Shown here piece by piece: positions 20,501 through 33,949 of a DNA stretch of 64,000 bases. The number at the start of each line of letters is the position of its first letter. Position 1 is the stretch's first letter. The stretch is from Styela clava (Eukaryota), in the NCBI RefSeq assembly GCF_964204865.1, contig NC_135252.1, positions 18,042,001 to 18,106,000 on the forward strand. Direction: 5' to 3'. Below the pieces are notes generated by a model. That model made no database searches, had not been told where the DNA came from, and saw nothing but the letters and a program-made list of their open reading frames with translations. Position numbers and translations under genes: made by a program.

Positions 20501-23500
20501 ACTTGAAATTCTAAAACAAATGACGTTTTCGTGTCGCATGATTTAAACACAAAGTGATAAAAAATCGTCTTGTCAAAACTCTGAATCATTCACATCGTCT
20601 GTAGACAGTATACAAACCTTGAGACCGTAGATATATTCCTGGTTTATTACTGTCGACCAAGAAACATTGCAGGAACCATCATCAGTCATCCCAAGACTTG
20701 GTTTTGTAAAGGGACCGGGTAAACCCCCTGTGGTTGCAATTGTGGTTGTTGCATATTGGCTGAGGCAAGTTGACGTAGTTGTTAAGCATGGCTCAATCTA
20801 AAAGTTTAGAGTCAGGTAATTTCAAATTGATAATTTGTCATACGGCCATAGATTTTGCAACAGACAGATTATCGTTCATTTAAGATTTGCAAATCCTATA
20901 TTACAAAAAATACCTTGATAATATAAGATGTTGACGGTTGCAGACTTGTCACGTTGGACGTCATGGAGACATTATTCGGCGTCGTTAAGAAAACTTTATA
21001 ATTGTTGAAGTTGATAGAATTCATAATCTGAAATCTATGATATAACGGTATTCGATTGTTTATAAAACAAGCCGGTAGACGACTGGGATCTCCGCTGACA
21101 CATGAAGCGGCCCGCGTATCAGCAAACCGTTACCAATCACGCAATTTTGCACTCATAACGACAGCGTACTTTGCAACGACAGTGAACGGGATACCAAAAC
21201 TGCCAATTCATTTTAGATCTGCGCGTCTATCATGTATTCTTGGGTGAGCGGTGTACCGCGGCTAATATTAAATCATGTTCACTAAAAGGCTTCCCCAGTT
21301 CATGAATTAACGAGACGAACTATGCCTTGTTCGAATAGGTATTTACTTCTGCGGGGGTTAGCAATCTCCGAATTTTAATTTTCGAGATAGTTTACGAAAT
21401 AATAGCAACAACCTAAAAAAAATTTATTATTTCTCAACGATCGACACATTTTTCATTGATGCCATGAAAACGAAACAACAAACCGGTTGGTGAAACGCAC
21501 ATTAGTAGGATAACAGCAAAACTCTTATTGGAGATTTAAACCATAAGGCTCCATAGAGCGGAGATCTAATAAGCATGGATGATTTGAAACAAACTGACAA
21601 CAACTGAATGTATTAAACTTACTTACAAGCACAAGTAAAACGGTTAGATAATTCAGTATTTTGAATACTGTAATATTCACTGTTGAATGTTTCGTTTTTT
21701 GCTATTATGATATTTTATTGGTAGCATTCTTTTAAAAGTAAATTTATTATAAAATATACCGTAAATTTTTGCATTTAACATGTCAGCCTATTTAAAACAT
21801 TATTCGGCTTCAGTTTCTTCCTTTTTAATCGTGAGTTTACGTGGGATGTGTTTATTTCCGATTGAGAACATCGGGTCGTATTTTGTGCCGCTAGATACCT
21901 GTGTTGGATTCCAACTCCACGAACATGTGGCCTCCAAGTGACCAATAAATGGGAATTGCAAGGTGATGATGTAATGTTTGTGATTGATGGTTGACTTGGA
22001 ACTGAAAATATGTTTAAACCTGCATTCACCAGAAATCTTACATGTTTGTATATTCTTTAACACATATATAGTAGCATTACAGATTATATTATAAAAGCGT
22101 TGTTGAGCAATAACAAACAAATAATTTGTTCCTACTGCTCAATAAAACAAACGTATTTGATTATAAAAATTTAAGATCCACACACAACATCTTTCCTATA
22201 TTCCCACTATTTATATAAACTTTGTCGATGGCTATCCTACTACATAGAGGCAATTTATTGGTGTATTATTAAATTTTATTTAAGTGCATTATGTGTTTGG
22301 CCTCTCACCTTTTACATTGAGAATTCGTGTTAACTCATGAAAGGTTTGTCCGACTGTATTTGATGCGAAACATTTGTATTGTCCTTCGTCTGCAATTGTC
22401 AATTGTTTCAAATAGAAAACTATTTTTTGTCCTACTTTGGATTGGTAATTTATTTGTGTTGAAGTGAGTACAATGTTTCCTCTCATCCATTTAAAAGTCG
22501 GTGGTGGAAACCCAGATGCCATGCATGTTATTTCTTTTCTGCCAGTATATGAATCCGCAATGAAGTTAGTGTTTGATAACTGTATATCGTGCGTTCCAGC
22601 TGAAAAGTTATATAGATGATACATTTTTATATTTTAAATATTTAAACAAGACTCCATAAATATCTAAGATGGAGTAAACTGCTAATTTAATGTAACGAAT
22701 TCCATCTGCAATGAATCTTGATTAAAGTTTCAATAATTTGTCCTATTTTACCTTGTTCGCAAATGTAGTAATGCTTGTCAGTACAATATGTGATTCTCGA
22801 TGTGTAATCACTCAATGAAAATGAATAGCAAGTAGAACCTGTGTTTTCTAACCAGAGTTTATCATCAGGTCTGAAATGACTAAAAATCATAAATTTGAAA
22901 AATTAAATATGTTTTGTTACATTTGATCCAATATTTATTTTTGATATTTACTAACTTGGAGTTCAAATAGGTCTTGATCAGACCTTTCGTTGTCGATGTC
23001 AATTTCAAAATTCGAGATTGGAGTTTATAATAGCATTCTGTTCGAGCTGTTTCATAAGTAACCTTAGGATGAGGACTTCCAATTGCAGTCAGTTTGTATA
23101 TTCCCGAAGAAATTGTAAAGGGAGTCGCTAAATCGAAACAATATAAAAATGTAAGCATGAATGGTTGTTGGTTCATGTTTTGGTTTATAAAAAACACAAA
23201 ACGTTCCATAGAGTTTTATTTTAGACTCATTATTTTTTTGAACGCTTGGGTTTATTATACACCTCGATAACCACTCTGTCAAAATGAATTTGCGCAAAAA
23301 TGAGCCAAACCTTTTGCTTCCATAACTTATTTTGATTTGTTAAAAATTAATGGCGTATGGTGATTATATGATCATATATTATATAGAAGATCATGTAATT
23401 ATTTAATCATAATTATTATTGTAAGCAATATATTTTATAAAGATATGTAAGTTCAATTTACCACTGCCATTCATTACATCAAGCTTTAATATGAGATCAA

Positions 23501-26500
23501 ACTACATTCCTACTAATACTAATACATACAATGAAAGCAATGTGAATGCCAGGCAACATAATAGTAATTATAAACTATTCATAAGTCGTGGAGTTTCATT
23601 TGGTCACAATTTCATAGGAACATAAATATTTAAAGAGTTTCATTCGAATATTGCTCTTATGACTGGATGATAGACTTTATTAGATTATGTATTTTGGTAA
23701 AAATAACAAGATTGTGAAAACCGATCGACCATTGAGTGAGGAAAATCATATATATATCATAATGATTTTTGTTTTATATATATATCGTGATAAATTTTGT
23801 TTGGCGTTACAAACATTTATATACGGTATATATGATTGGTTTGCTGACCTTCTATGCATATAACTCCTTTTTGCTGGTTTGATCCATAATCATAAAATTG
23901 TCCGTTCTTGTCAATGACGAGATAATTTTCACTCCTTCCCCCATTTGGTTCTCCTGAATTCCTACAAAGTATCAAAACGTGCAATAACAAATTGAAGTAT
24001 TATTTATAATAAATTTTGAATAGAACTTTCGCAAAAATTAATATTCCTGCGTAAATGCCTGTTACAAATATGTGCTTTCTACCTATGACCGACCTTCATT
24101 ACATGAAAATATTTTATTTACAAATAAAATCTTGCTATCGTTAGGCTGATAACCGAATGCGTAAGTCACTCTTTGACAGTTTTGAGTTTTTTTACAAGAG
24201 TTATTTATTTAATGCTGCTCACCTGTCAGTTGACTCAGATTGTATCCCAAGTTTAAGAAGTTTTCTACGTTTTTCTCAAAACTGCTAAAAGCTACTTACG
24301 ATTTGAATATTAGATATTTGTAATAGTGAGTGATTTATGTGATTTATGAAACAAAACTATTTACCAAGAAGTAATCGATGCTGAAGATCCATCTATCCAT
24401 TTCCAATGTCCTTCAGAAGCTTCATCTGTTGCTCCAATCCAATATGAAGTGGTTCCAGAACTACAACATATTTAATTTCCTTATGATATGCCATTGAAAC
24501 CCATTGATATTAAAACGCCGAATGTAATAAAAATTATATTTTATAACGAATATTTAAAAAAATGACTAATTACTTTCTATTAATTTCAAAGGATTTTAGT
24601 CGAGAAGATCCTTTACATATTTATGACAATAATTCAAACATAAAATTTTGCATATTTATTTAAGTGTCTCTAGTACATTCCCATTATTTCTAAGCTTACA
24701 ACTAAACATTTTCAATAAAGCATTAACAATTTTATACGTGGATCGTTTTCTTATTACGTTGTCGTCTTGTTGTAATTAGTATTTTTGTACCATTGGATCG
24801 ATTGCTTTGAAATTTTTAGTAGTTAAAGATTGTATTTTTCGCTAGTAGGCTATTACTTTTGTTTATTTTCGTACTACATTTTCATGTATTTGAGCAACGC
24901 ACTCTTGTTTATCGTATTATAGGCTTGACTATGGTGGTCCATCGTTGTCACGCTTAAATTCGAAAAAAAAATTTAAAAATAAAATAAAAAACTGAAAATT
25001 AAAGTAAAATAAAAAAATAGTGGTGAAAAAACATAAAAAAATAAAACAAAAATGAAAAAAAAACAAAAATGTAAAAAACAAAATTAAAAATAAGAGCGAA
25101 ATAAAAAAAAAAAAAAGTAAAAAAAAAAAAATTTAACTAAAAAATAAATAAAAAGGTTGACAACGATGGTCCGCCTCGTGGCCCATCGTTGTCACGCGTT
25201 CTTATTTTGAGAAAATTTGCTGCTGCTTGGGACCAACGTTGTCATGAAAAATCCTACGCGCACAAACGGGGTTCCATGGGGTTCTAACTCACTTCGAATT
25301 TCTTTGAGCAATATTCAATATGAAAATCTTTTATAAATTCTCCATGCTACAAGTTTAACTACAAGTAATATAAATATAATAATGATAAGAGAATATAGAT
25401 TTGGATACGAAAATTCGGAAAATTTGTTTTTAATTGTAGAAGGTAATTGAATTGGATTATGCTGCTTAACTGTTAGGTTGTCCGGACACACGTGCGATGC
25501 CGGTACTGTCTGACCAAAGGTGTTATAGTCGCTTTGCGCCTGACCGTATCGGTGAAACGAATGGGAGATACGGATAGTCTAGTAGAATATAGACTACTGA
25601 AACACTCTCTGCGCCTGCCCCATATCGTACAGCCATAACATACCGATCCAGACCAATGATCCATCCCTTGATATACTATATTCTACAAGACTATCCTTAT
25701 CTCCCATTCGTTTCATGAGTGATTGCATGGGTACCGTTACGCTCAGACGCAAAGCGACTATAACCACTTTGGTCAGATGGTAGCGGCATCGCACGAGTGT
25801 TCGGACAACTGAGCAGTTAAGCAGCATTCTTTAATTCAATTACCTTCAACAACCTTCCGAATTTTCGTATTCAATTCTATATTTTTTTAACATTATTATA
25901 AATGTATTACTTGTGGTTGAACTTGTAGCATGGAAAATTTATAAAACATTTTCATATTTAATTTATTGATTATTCCTGAAAACGTTGGTCCCAAGCAGCA
26001 GCAAATTTTCTCAAATTGAAAACGCGTGACAACGATGGGCCACGAGGCGTTGTCAACTTTTTTTATTTTATTTTTATCCGAGTTTTTTTTTTCAATTTTT
26101 TTTTTTTTTTACATTTTTTTATTTCGTTTTTATTTTATTTTCGTTTTTATTTTTCATTTTTTTTTTCATTTTTTTTTTTTATTTTTGTTTTCAATTTTTT
26201 TTTTCATATTTTTTCACCTCTATTTTTTTTATTTTGCTTTTATTTTCAGTGTTTTTTTTATTTATTTTCCATTTTTTTTTTCAATTTTACGCGTGACAAC
26301 GATGGGCCACCATACTTGACTAAATCGTCACAGAGAGCTGATTCATAAATTCCTTAACCTCACGGGAGGTTAGTTAGTTCTTATGTGTACATTAGGATGA
26401 AATTCTAATTTGAATGGTCATTGAATGGAATTTAATTGTAACGGAACATATTGACTTGCTTACGAATTTTTACGCCTATTATCGTTGGAGACGAAAATAC

Positions 26501-27498
26501 ATTAGTGGCATTAGGACGCCTCCGTGCAGTAATAATTAGGGTATGACGTCATCAACTTGTTAAGTTCAGCGTTGAATTTGTAAATTACTTAAATACATTT
26601 GTGAATTTCTCCGTAACGATCTTAGCTATAACACAAGAAAACGATAGAACTAAAAATAATCAATTATAATTAACTAGTAGACTCAATAACACTCACGTTC
26701 AAGGTTATTTTATACTACATTTGGGGCATTAGGTCGAATATCCAAAGTGATATTTGCAAAAGCGCTTTTGCGACATTTCGCGGGCTAGAGCTTTGGCGTA
26801 CGCATTTGAAAAGCCATGAGTGACGTTTTAAGGCCTAATGGTTGACGACGAAAAAAATTGGAAGTGACCCCACAAAATGACCCCAGGATGGTCGATAGGA
26901 ATACTGCCAAATTTCACTAACACTGTTAAATCGAACGAAGATAAGAGTAAAGATTAAATAAATCATCACCTTCTGATTGTGTTAAGAACGTCCTTTTTTA
27001 CAGAGCTAACATCAAGTTGAACAAGACTTGATCCGCTTCCACACAAGAATTTTGCTCCTGACCAAGAATACTTAGTGTTGTAAAAAGTTAGTTTATAAAA
27101 AGGTCGGTTCACTGTCTTCCAAAGCCCTAAAAAATTAGAACTATTCTTCACAAATATTATTTGTTAATCACGGAAATAATAAGTTTTGCAAATAATTGAA
27201 TATACCATTGGAAGACAAGGATCTCAAGTGATATAATATCGAGGGTAATTGTAAACCGATAATCCAAGTTACAATAAATTACTAGCCCACTTCCGAAGAG
27301 AAAACTATAACATATAGGTTGCCGTTGCACATAATTCGAATTACTGATTAATATGCGACATTGCCTAATACATACACAATTCATTGCTACATATAATAAC
27401 TAACAATAGGCAAACAAATAAAAATAATAATTTTCAGTACCTGCACTAGATGTCGCAAGAAATGTTAACAAAACAAACCAGCAATTGAAACCAAGCAT
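14428..27498 (-). CDS. Receptor A: type I membrane receptor SP-CTLD-CTLD-Ig-FN3-FN3-RPTP-like juxtamembrane domain-TM-ITAM tail (17 exons, 802 aa)
   Basis: Exons in transcription order: 27498-27441 (MLGFNCWFVLLTFLATSSA), 27126-26970, 24460-24365 (YWIGATD..WKWIDG), 23961-23849 (EPN..VIC), 23127-22956, 22870-22752 (YICEQ), 22599-22309 (Ig: ITCMASGFPPPTFKW..DEGQYKC), 22001-21899, 21034-20914 (LQPSTSY), 20797-20618, 20323-20122, 19782-19680 (PDETNGPIS), 19359-19228 (EYIAIAL), 18862-18707 (LGD..YNKRL..YR), 18355-18270, 15305-15135 (TM), 14576-14428 (tail). All junctions are GT-AG with consistent phases; total 2409 nt with no internal stop. Confidence 0.9.
15792..18111. mobile_element. hAT (Buster/Charlie-type) non-autonomous element with a nested second element, in intron 15 of receptor A
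   Basis: TIRs cagtggttctcaaac...gtttgagaatcactg and a perfect 8-bp TSD gtctagac. Absent from the paralogous site in receptor B (~43611-43640). Confidence 0.9.
15945..17588. mobile_element. Nested hAT-like element
   Basis: TIRs tagggctgggcaaaat...attttgcccacccta inside the 15792-18111 element. The TSD is imperfect. Confidence 0.65.
24930..26314. mobile_element. Foldback-type non-autonomous DNA transposon, IS3EU-like
   Basis: Termini TATGGTGG...CCACCATA and a 6-bp TSD cttgac (24924-24929, 26315-26320). The ~650-bp arms are inverted copies of each other. The paralogous site in receptor B (~51727) is empty. Confidence 0.8.
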
Positions 27499-28219
27499 TC
27501 CAGTTGCCCCAAACTGCTATGATTAAGAAAAAATACGTCTAAACTTCATGAATTTTTCATAACTGAAATTGAGCTATATAATATAGTTATGCTGTTTATA
27601 ATATAGCCTCATATCAGCATTGAAAAACCCGACTAGATTATAGTCATAGGCTGCCACAATAATAATACTTAACTCTAAATATTGCACATTGTGTGTATAT
27701 GTTTCACACCCCTCGCACCGCGGATTGGACAACATTGAGAGGTTCCTGGTTATGTATACACATTACTATATCAGTCTACGTAGATTACCTCAATAATAAG
27801 AAATATGTATGATATGTAAGATCATATTCCAGCGTTCCAATATGTTAGATAAGTGAAATTCAAATACAGACATTAACCAGCTATTATTAAAAAAATATCA
27901 GTAAACAACATTCATATGATCGATATGAGAAATGTGTATAACGAAATAGCGGAGCTTTATCTTAAAATATTCATGCTTCAATACGCTGACTGGTGTTGAA
28001 CTATAATTTATTTTTGTTTTACTAAGATAGATTGTTTGACACTAAATCTTGTCATACAACCCAAACAATTGTGGTATCGCTGTTAACATTATTAACCAAA
28101 CTGCCATCTCACGTAAACAGGACTCAACAAGAGTAAAACTTAAATTTAGATAATAGCGAAAAAGAGAAATAGTATGGAAAAAAATATTAAGAATGGGCAA
28201 TGAGTCAAAAGTATGTGAT

Positions 28220-29060
28220 CCAGTTTGCATCGTCAACTACTTCAACAATCATTTTCGCTTTACAAGCCCACAACTGTCTGGAAATGTTCCACATTCTAAT
28301 AAATCTATATTGACTTATCTTATTTAAGGATCCATGGAAAGGATTCTCCTTACTAAAATATAAACATTCAAATCTACCTGGTGGTGAAGCAGTGAGAACA
28401 GACCTTCCAAATTTTTAATAGGCAACCGATATAGTGTCTACTATACTTTTAGAGTTAATTTGACGTCATTTCATTCCCTAACTGTTTGAAAAGTACTACA
28501 CCCATATTATATTAACCGGAGACAAAGAATATACATCAAACTTTCTCCCCATTTCAGTTCTTCCTATCATGACCATAGTATTCGAAAAACTTTCTACACG
28601 AAAATGACAAGACTAACTTATTTTTATCGATCAATGCGCCATCACACAAGACTCAAAAATTGGGCCAATTATGTTCATATTATTTTTCAACGATTTTGCT
28701 CACCCCATCAAATTATCCTTTTATTTACCTAATCAGTATTAATTAGCTCAAGTATAAATGAAACAAATATTCATTCTAATCAGGTTATAACTAAGGACAT
28801 TTAACTGAACGTCAAATTTTTACAAACAATCAGGCATACGCACTAACATTCAGCTATGTAATAACTATATAATTGGCAAGCTATGTAAAACTGCAGGAAT
28901 ATTATACAAACTTAAAATTTCTCGTCACCTATTTGATTAGCTCATTTCTATATTGTTCAGTTATATACGCAGTTTGGTTTTTTAAAATGGAGAAGCAAAT
29001 CCTCCGCAGGTTGGAGGCATCGCAAAAAAAGAAACCCTAAAATGATGCATATTGGTATTC
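28220..29060 (+). mobile_element. Decayed LINE (reverse transcriptase) fragment
   Basis: Broken reading frame resembling P..LK...PI...GDK..NxxPISVLP..IVFEKL. A paralogous copy at ~39780-40000 was duplicated together with the gene unit. Confidence 0.6.
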
Positions 29061-29099
29061 ATCTCTCATCGAAAAACCGCCATAGCTAGTAGTCTGCAA

Positions 29100-31127
29100 C
29101 AGTGGTTCCCAAGCTTTTTGTAGCATCGCCCCCCTAAAGTAGTTTATGCAACTTCATCTCCCCCCGGCACTGCAAAAAATAATTTGAAGTCTGAAACGAC
29201 GATATTACAGACCAAATAGGGAGACAAATCATAGTTTATAGTGTTTTTTAATGAGATGGATGAGCTTGGTGTTCTTCAGCGAGTTTTTTATTATATTTAA
29301 AATTAACCCGTTTACTGATGGAAAGGCGATTTAGTTGTTTTGATAGCAATAGCAGCACGGCTGAAACCCCTTCTTTCACCATATCAGAGGTTGAAAATGA
29401 AGAATCCAGGGTTCTACCCCCTCAACAACCGCCGTGTACTCTTGCATTTAACTCTTTAAATTCACCCCATTCCAAATTAAGATATTGAAAACAAAATTAA
29501 TTTTCCAAAACTTATAATAATGATTTTCGTACAACTCATTCATCCCTACAGCCTGATGACCTTCACACCAAAATACATGATATATAACGGTCTTCGGTAA
29601 AATTCATCCCCGATTCCTCATCCTACCACGTCCTCCAGTCCGATCACCAGTCCAAAGAATTATTCAGCCATTTGTTTTGAATTCGTGGACTCGGATGGCC
29701 CAGAGGTCGGCAAATTTTACGCTGCTCGCGGGACAAAATTTAGGGTTGCTATTCTTTTGCGGATCGCATATATTTTTTGAAAGTTAAAAACGGAACATCG
29801 CGCGAAAACTGCGACAATTTGCGAACTCAACTCAGTCGTCTTATTAAAAAATTATTACAATGACATTCAATGTGACACTGTCGCGTTGCTGCATCACGCT
29901 TGATAGCTTTACGACGCCAAGATTGGAAGATTTTCTAAATGGGCATCACTAATCCTAGTTCTTTGCTTGTTCTTTGTAATGTTTATTATCAAAAATAATT
30001 CTTCGCACAAATATGTACTTCCAAACATCGGAGTATATTTTTTTGCATGGTTTGTAAAATTTTGATAAAAATTTTCTTGAAGAAGATACATTCTTACAAA
30101 AAATTGAGCTGTGATGATCTCTCGAATAGAATATGAATTTGATTTCCTTATTGCATTGCAATAGCATCAACTTTTCTGCGTGTTTCCATTTGTCTAAATA
30201 TCATTAAATTGTAGGCTCGTTAAGCGAGTAGCTGTTCAATATAATTTTTGGGATATAATAAAAATTAGTCTAAACGTGTCTCACGATAAATTCTGTTACG
30301 TAAAAAAATGTAATTTACTCCTCGAGCGTAGATAATAAATCAAATAAATTCATCGTTAAAACCGCCGTTTGGATGTTTCCCCTGGCAAACCTTCCTTTTT
30401 TACTTCGGGACATTGGCCAATCAGCAAGATGCAAAAATAAACGTAACAATGCCCCCTTTTGCATCCACTCAGAGACAATCCTCACTCGGACAGACTTTCA
30501 GGCGTGGTCGTGAACATTACCTCATTTTCGCGACTTTGAATTGTATTCGTTAGTTTTGAGTTGTTTTTCGGAAATTTAAATAAAATAAGTCAATGATCAC
30601 CTTGTCCTCCTAGGAGTTTCAGTTTAATTACAGTAATCAAAAATTAGTGTGGAAATAGCTGTGATACACTAGGCTAGAATTCTTTACCGGTACTTTTAAA
30701 AAACAGATTGTTGAATGGTATGAATTAGAATGATAGTTTCAAACAAATAGTTCAACCACTCTTAAAATAAGCACCGAAAATTTTAGGATGGTAAAGTATG
30801 GGGAAAATTTTCCGGGGTCAAAGGTCGGGTAAAGATCAATTCAGTGAAGCGTCCCGGGCCAGATTAATACAGATTTCCCGACCACTGGGATACGCAAACT
30901 ACCGTACCTTACTGCGAAGGCGAGTCCAGCAACCCTTTTGCGTGTGACATCGCCCACGCGATTCAAACCTACGAAAGCACGCAGAGTACAGTAATCAAGT
31001 GCACTAAGCGCGGAGCAAAAACAGGTTTCGCGAAATTGCCCCCCTACCGCCCCCTTTGACTTTCTCGCCCCCCTCTGTATCGTTTCCGCCCACCGGGGGG
31101 CGATATCGCCCATTTTGGGAATCACTG
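29100..31127 (-). mobile_element. Composite/nested hAT relics with transposase C-terminal fragments
   Basis: Outer TIRs cagtggttcccaa...ttgggaatcactg. Minus-strand EEHQAHPSH* (~29250-29280) resembles a Buster-type C-terminus, and ORF 29909-30091 MFGSTYLCEELF..KNKQRTRISDAHL is an hAT dimerisation motif. Confidence 0.75.
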
Positions 31128-31189
31128 GTCGATAACACTTTCTTTGCATTTGACACACACAAATTCACTCAATAATTTCACATGGTAAT

Positions 31190-33940
31190 TGCACATTCAT
31201 TGTATGTGTGCTTTCATAAAAAATTTATAATACATATATGGATGATATTTGTTTACTAAATTGTTGTAAGTATATATTTTCACATTGTTACAGTGCCTCG
31301 TTTTTTGTTGCCATGAAAATAATATTAAATAATAACAATCTTACAAAACATCTGCATTTGCTAATTTTTACTTGACTTATTGGAATCATTGTTGTAGCTG
31401 AAGGTCTTTTCCTATTCCTAAAGACGACTGTCACACAATTTAAGTTAGTAACAGTTAGGTTGCAATTCTAAAAACCAGCCTGTTTTAAAACAAGTGCTTG
31501 TTTTGATGTATCTTTTCTAATATTCAATAGAATCGCATCTCCGTGAAACTTCGCCAAATTTTTGCGTTTTTCCAGTTGAACAGCCTGCCGGAATAATAAT
31601 TTCAAAAATGTAAGAAAAAATTCTTGCTTTGTTTTCCACCTCCAACGCGTAACTTTATAGCAAAATTAGTACCTACAGAAGAGTCATACGATTGTAACAG
31701 AAATGCTTATTCGAGATATCAAGGAGGCGCTTTGAGTAAACAAAACAAGAAAAATATTGAAAAGTAGCCCCTGGGCCTACTACAATCCGAAATCAGTTGG
31801 ATCAGGGGCCCTTCACCGTCTAGTATCTGCAAAACAAGTGCGTTAATACGATAATGGAAAATATATTTCGATATTCGGCAATCTCTACGTTGGTTCGAAT
31901 CAGGGCCGGATTCAGACGATAATACACCCCAGGTTGTCAGCGTCGGGGCCCACATTAGTCCCACAACATTGATTATCATTAATCAATGTTTTTTGTGTTT
32001 TTTTATCAGCAATTATGTTTGTCGTTGAAATTCCCATAACTGACATCCAATGTTTCGTTTTCCACCTGTTCCTTGTATTGGATTTCAGACTCAAAAAGTG
32101 ACGTAGAAAGTGCTTTCAAAAATAAAGCGCTGCCGAACATCCAAACAATGCCGTTTTAGTTTATATTCTTTTGCTCCGACACAACTTGCAGGCATATCTA
32201 GCATTGATGCATTGTTTTCTTCAAGCAAATACTTGTTGTCCCTTATCGAGTAAAAATTTTGTTTGAATTGTTCAGTTGTTTTTTACTCACGTCTTACAAA
32301 TCAATTACTAAATTTTGGCAATCATGAAGTTTGGTGATGCTAGGTTAGAGTGATATATATTTAGTTTTCTATGTATGCTGTTGAGATGATGTTAATGAGA
32401 TAATGTTACGAACCGTTTTCCAACAACAGTTTTTTTTTTTGGTGGTCACGTGTATTTGGCATCAAGTAGTAAACTTTGACAATGTCGCTTAAAATCGTCT
32501 CAATATTCTGCAAATCATTGTTTTTAACATTTCTGAAAATATATCCCCATTCTAGGGAAGATTAGAGCCTTTATGATGTTCCTATAGCCGTACTATTTTA
32601 ACGCATATCTTGTTAATTTTTTCCAAATTGAATAATCACATAATATTTGCCAATGGTATGGTATATATTGAGGGTTGTCCATGGAAATGGGATAGCACAC
32701 ATTTGTATTTCCCATGGGACACGTAGGATACAAATATCGTACGATTTTTGCAGAAATGATGGTAAAACATTTGGTTATGGAGTTCGTGTTCATATATTTA
32801 AGCATAGCCCTCCTTGTTAGGTCTGAAAGGCAAATATATATTCAACATTATAATATACTTCGTGAAGAGGTTGATGGACACATGTATAATATAAAATTAC
32901 CAAAATCCGTAAATTTTGTTGTTTTGTATGTCTCTCCGTACATGTTATCCTATTTAGTGGACACTAAACCTAATGTTAACAATTTATGTTGAATTTTATT
33001 CCAATGGGAATCCCATGGGATGGGATGGGACAGGCATAATTGCTATGGGATGGGATGGGAATGAGACAGAAAAAATGTCTCATGGACAAGCCTGTATATA
33101 TTGTACAGTTGCACAATCAACAAATTAAATTCAATTTAAATCTTAACGCAAGTTTACGGAAAGTAAAATTAAATCATTACGTAAAAACTGCATGATGTAA
33201 TAAAAGGGAGAACACGCCTTCAATATTATAACAGACATGAAACGCCTCTATGTAATAGTTGTTTTTGTAAATTACATAGAAAATACATTTGTTCTTGCTA
33301 CATGATATTCCATTTCCTGCATTTCACATGATCTCACCAATGCTCAATTTTTCACCAATTGAATCGGTGAGCATACGACAGTTACAGACCTCAAAGGGAT
33401 ATTATATATTAAAAATCAACATATAAATTAGATTTTCTCGCTTAGGTCTCTCAACAAAACATGAACTCACTTATTTATACATAATTTAAAATAGAACAAT
33501 TTTTACGTGGTGTTTGCTGATCTATTACATGGAATTTGGTAAATTTGAAAGTTTATGAGATGGCTCGTAATATGAATAATAAATACTAGATTTTAAGCTT
33601 TATTTCCGATTATTTGATATTCTCACATTCCGCTGATTTTGCGTCAGGTGTTAGTGGGGGATATAACAGGGGTTTGCAACAGACTGTCCACAGGCAACAA
33701 CTCAGTCGGTTAACCCATATATATATTGTGGGCCTTGTCAACCCTCAGATTTTCCCACCAACCAAGCAGAAAATCATAATAGGACTGTTTATGTTTAAAA
33801 AGGTGCTCACATGGGTGAAAATAAATAATATTTGACCAGTTAGTTAAGGGTTGCTACACATTCTGTCAAAGCGGGAATAAAAAATAAAATATTTTTTTTA
33901 ATTCTTTCCAAAACAAAGTTAATTGATATATTTCATTAAA
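31190..33940. repeat. Duplicated 3' flank of the gene unit (paralog of ~12490-14420; partial copies at ~41990-42260 and ~56390-57630)
   Basis: Colinear non-coding blocks, e.g. gtcacgtgtatttggcatcaagtagtaaa, tcacatgatctcaccaatgctcaa, gttagtggggg.tataacagggg. Confidence 0.8.
32670..33094. mobile_element. hAT MITE with atggg subterminal repeats
   Basis: TIRs gagggttgtccatgg...catggacaagcctg and an 8-bp TSD tatatatt. The paralogous site at ~13445 is empty. Confidence 0.85.
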
Positions 33941-33949
33941 TTGAAACTC

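Noticed and set aside
23490-23565. Hydrophobic mini-ORF in intron 4 (MLPGIHIAFIVCISI; MPGILIAFIVLALVL at ~49600-49650 in B) that suggests an alternative signal-peptide exon
   Set aside because: A 2-nt indel between A and B changes the frame and donor phase, so it is not conserved as an exon. It cannot be fully excluded without transcripts.
26016-26348. Phe-rich ORFs that look like membrane proteins
   Set aside because: They are translations of the T-rich arm of the foldback transposon.
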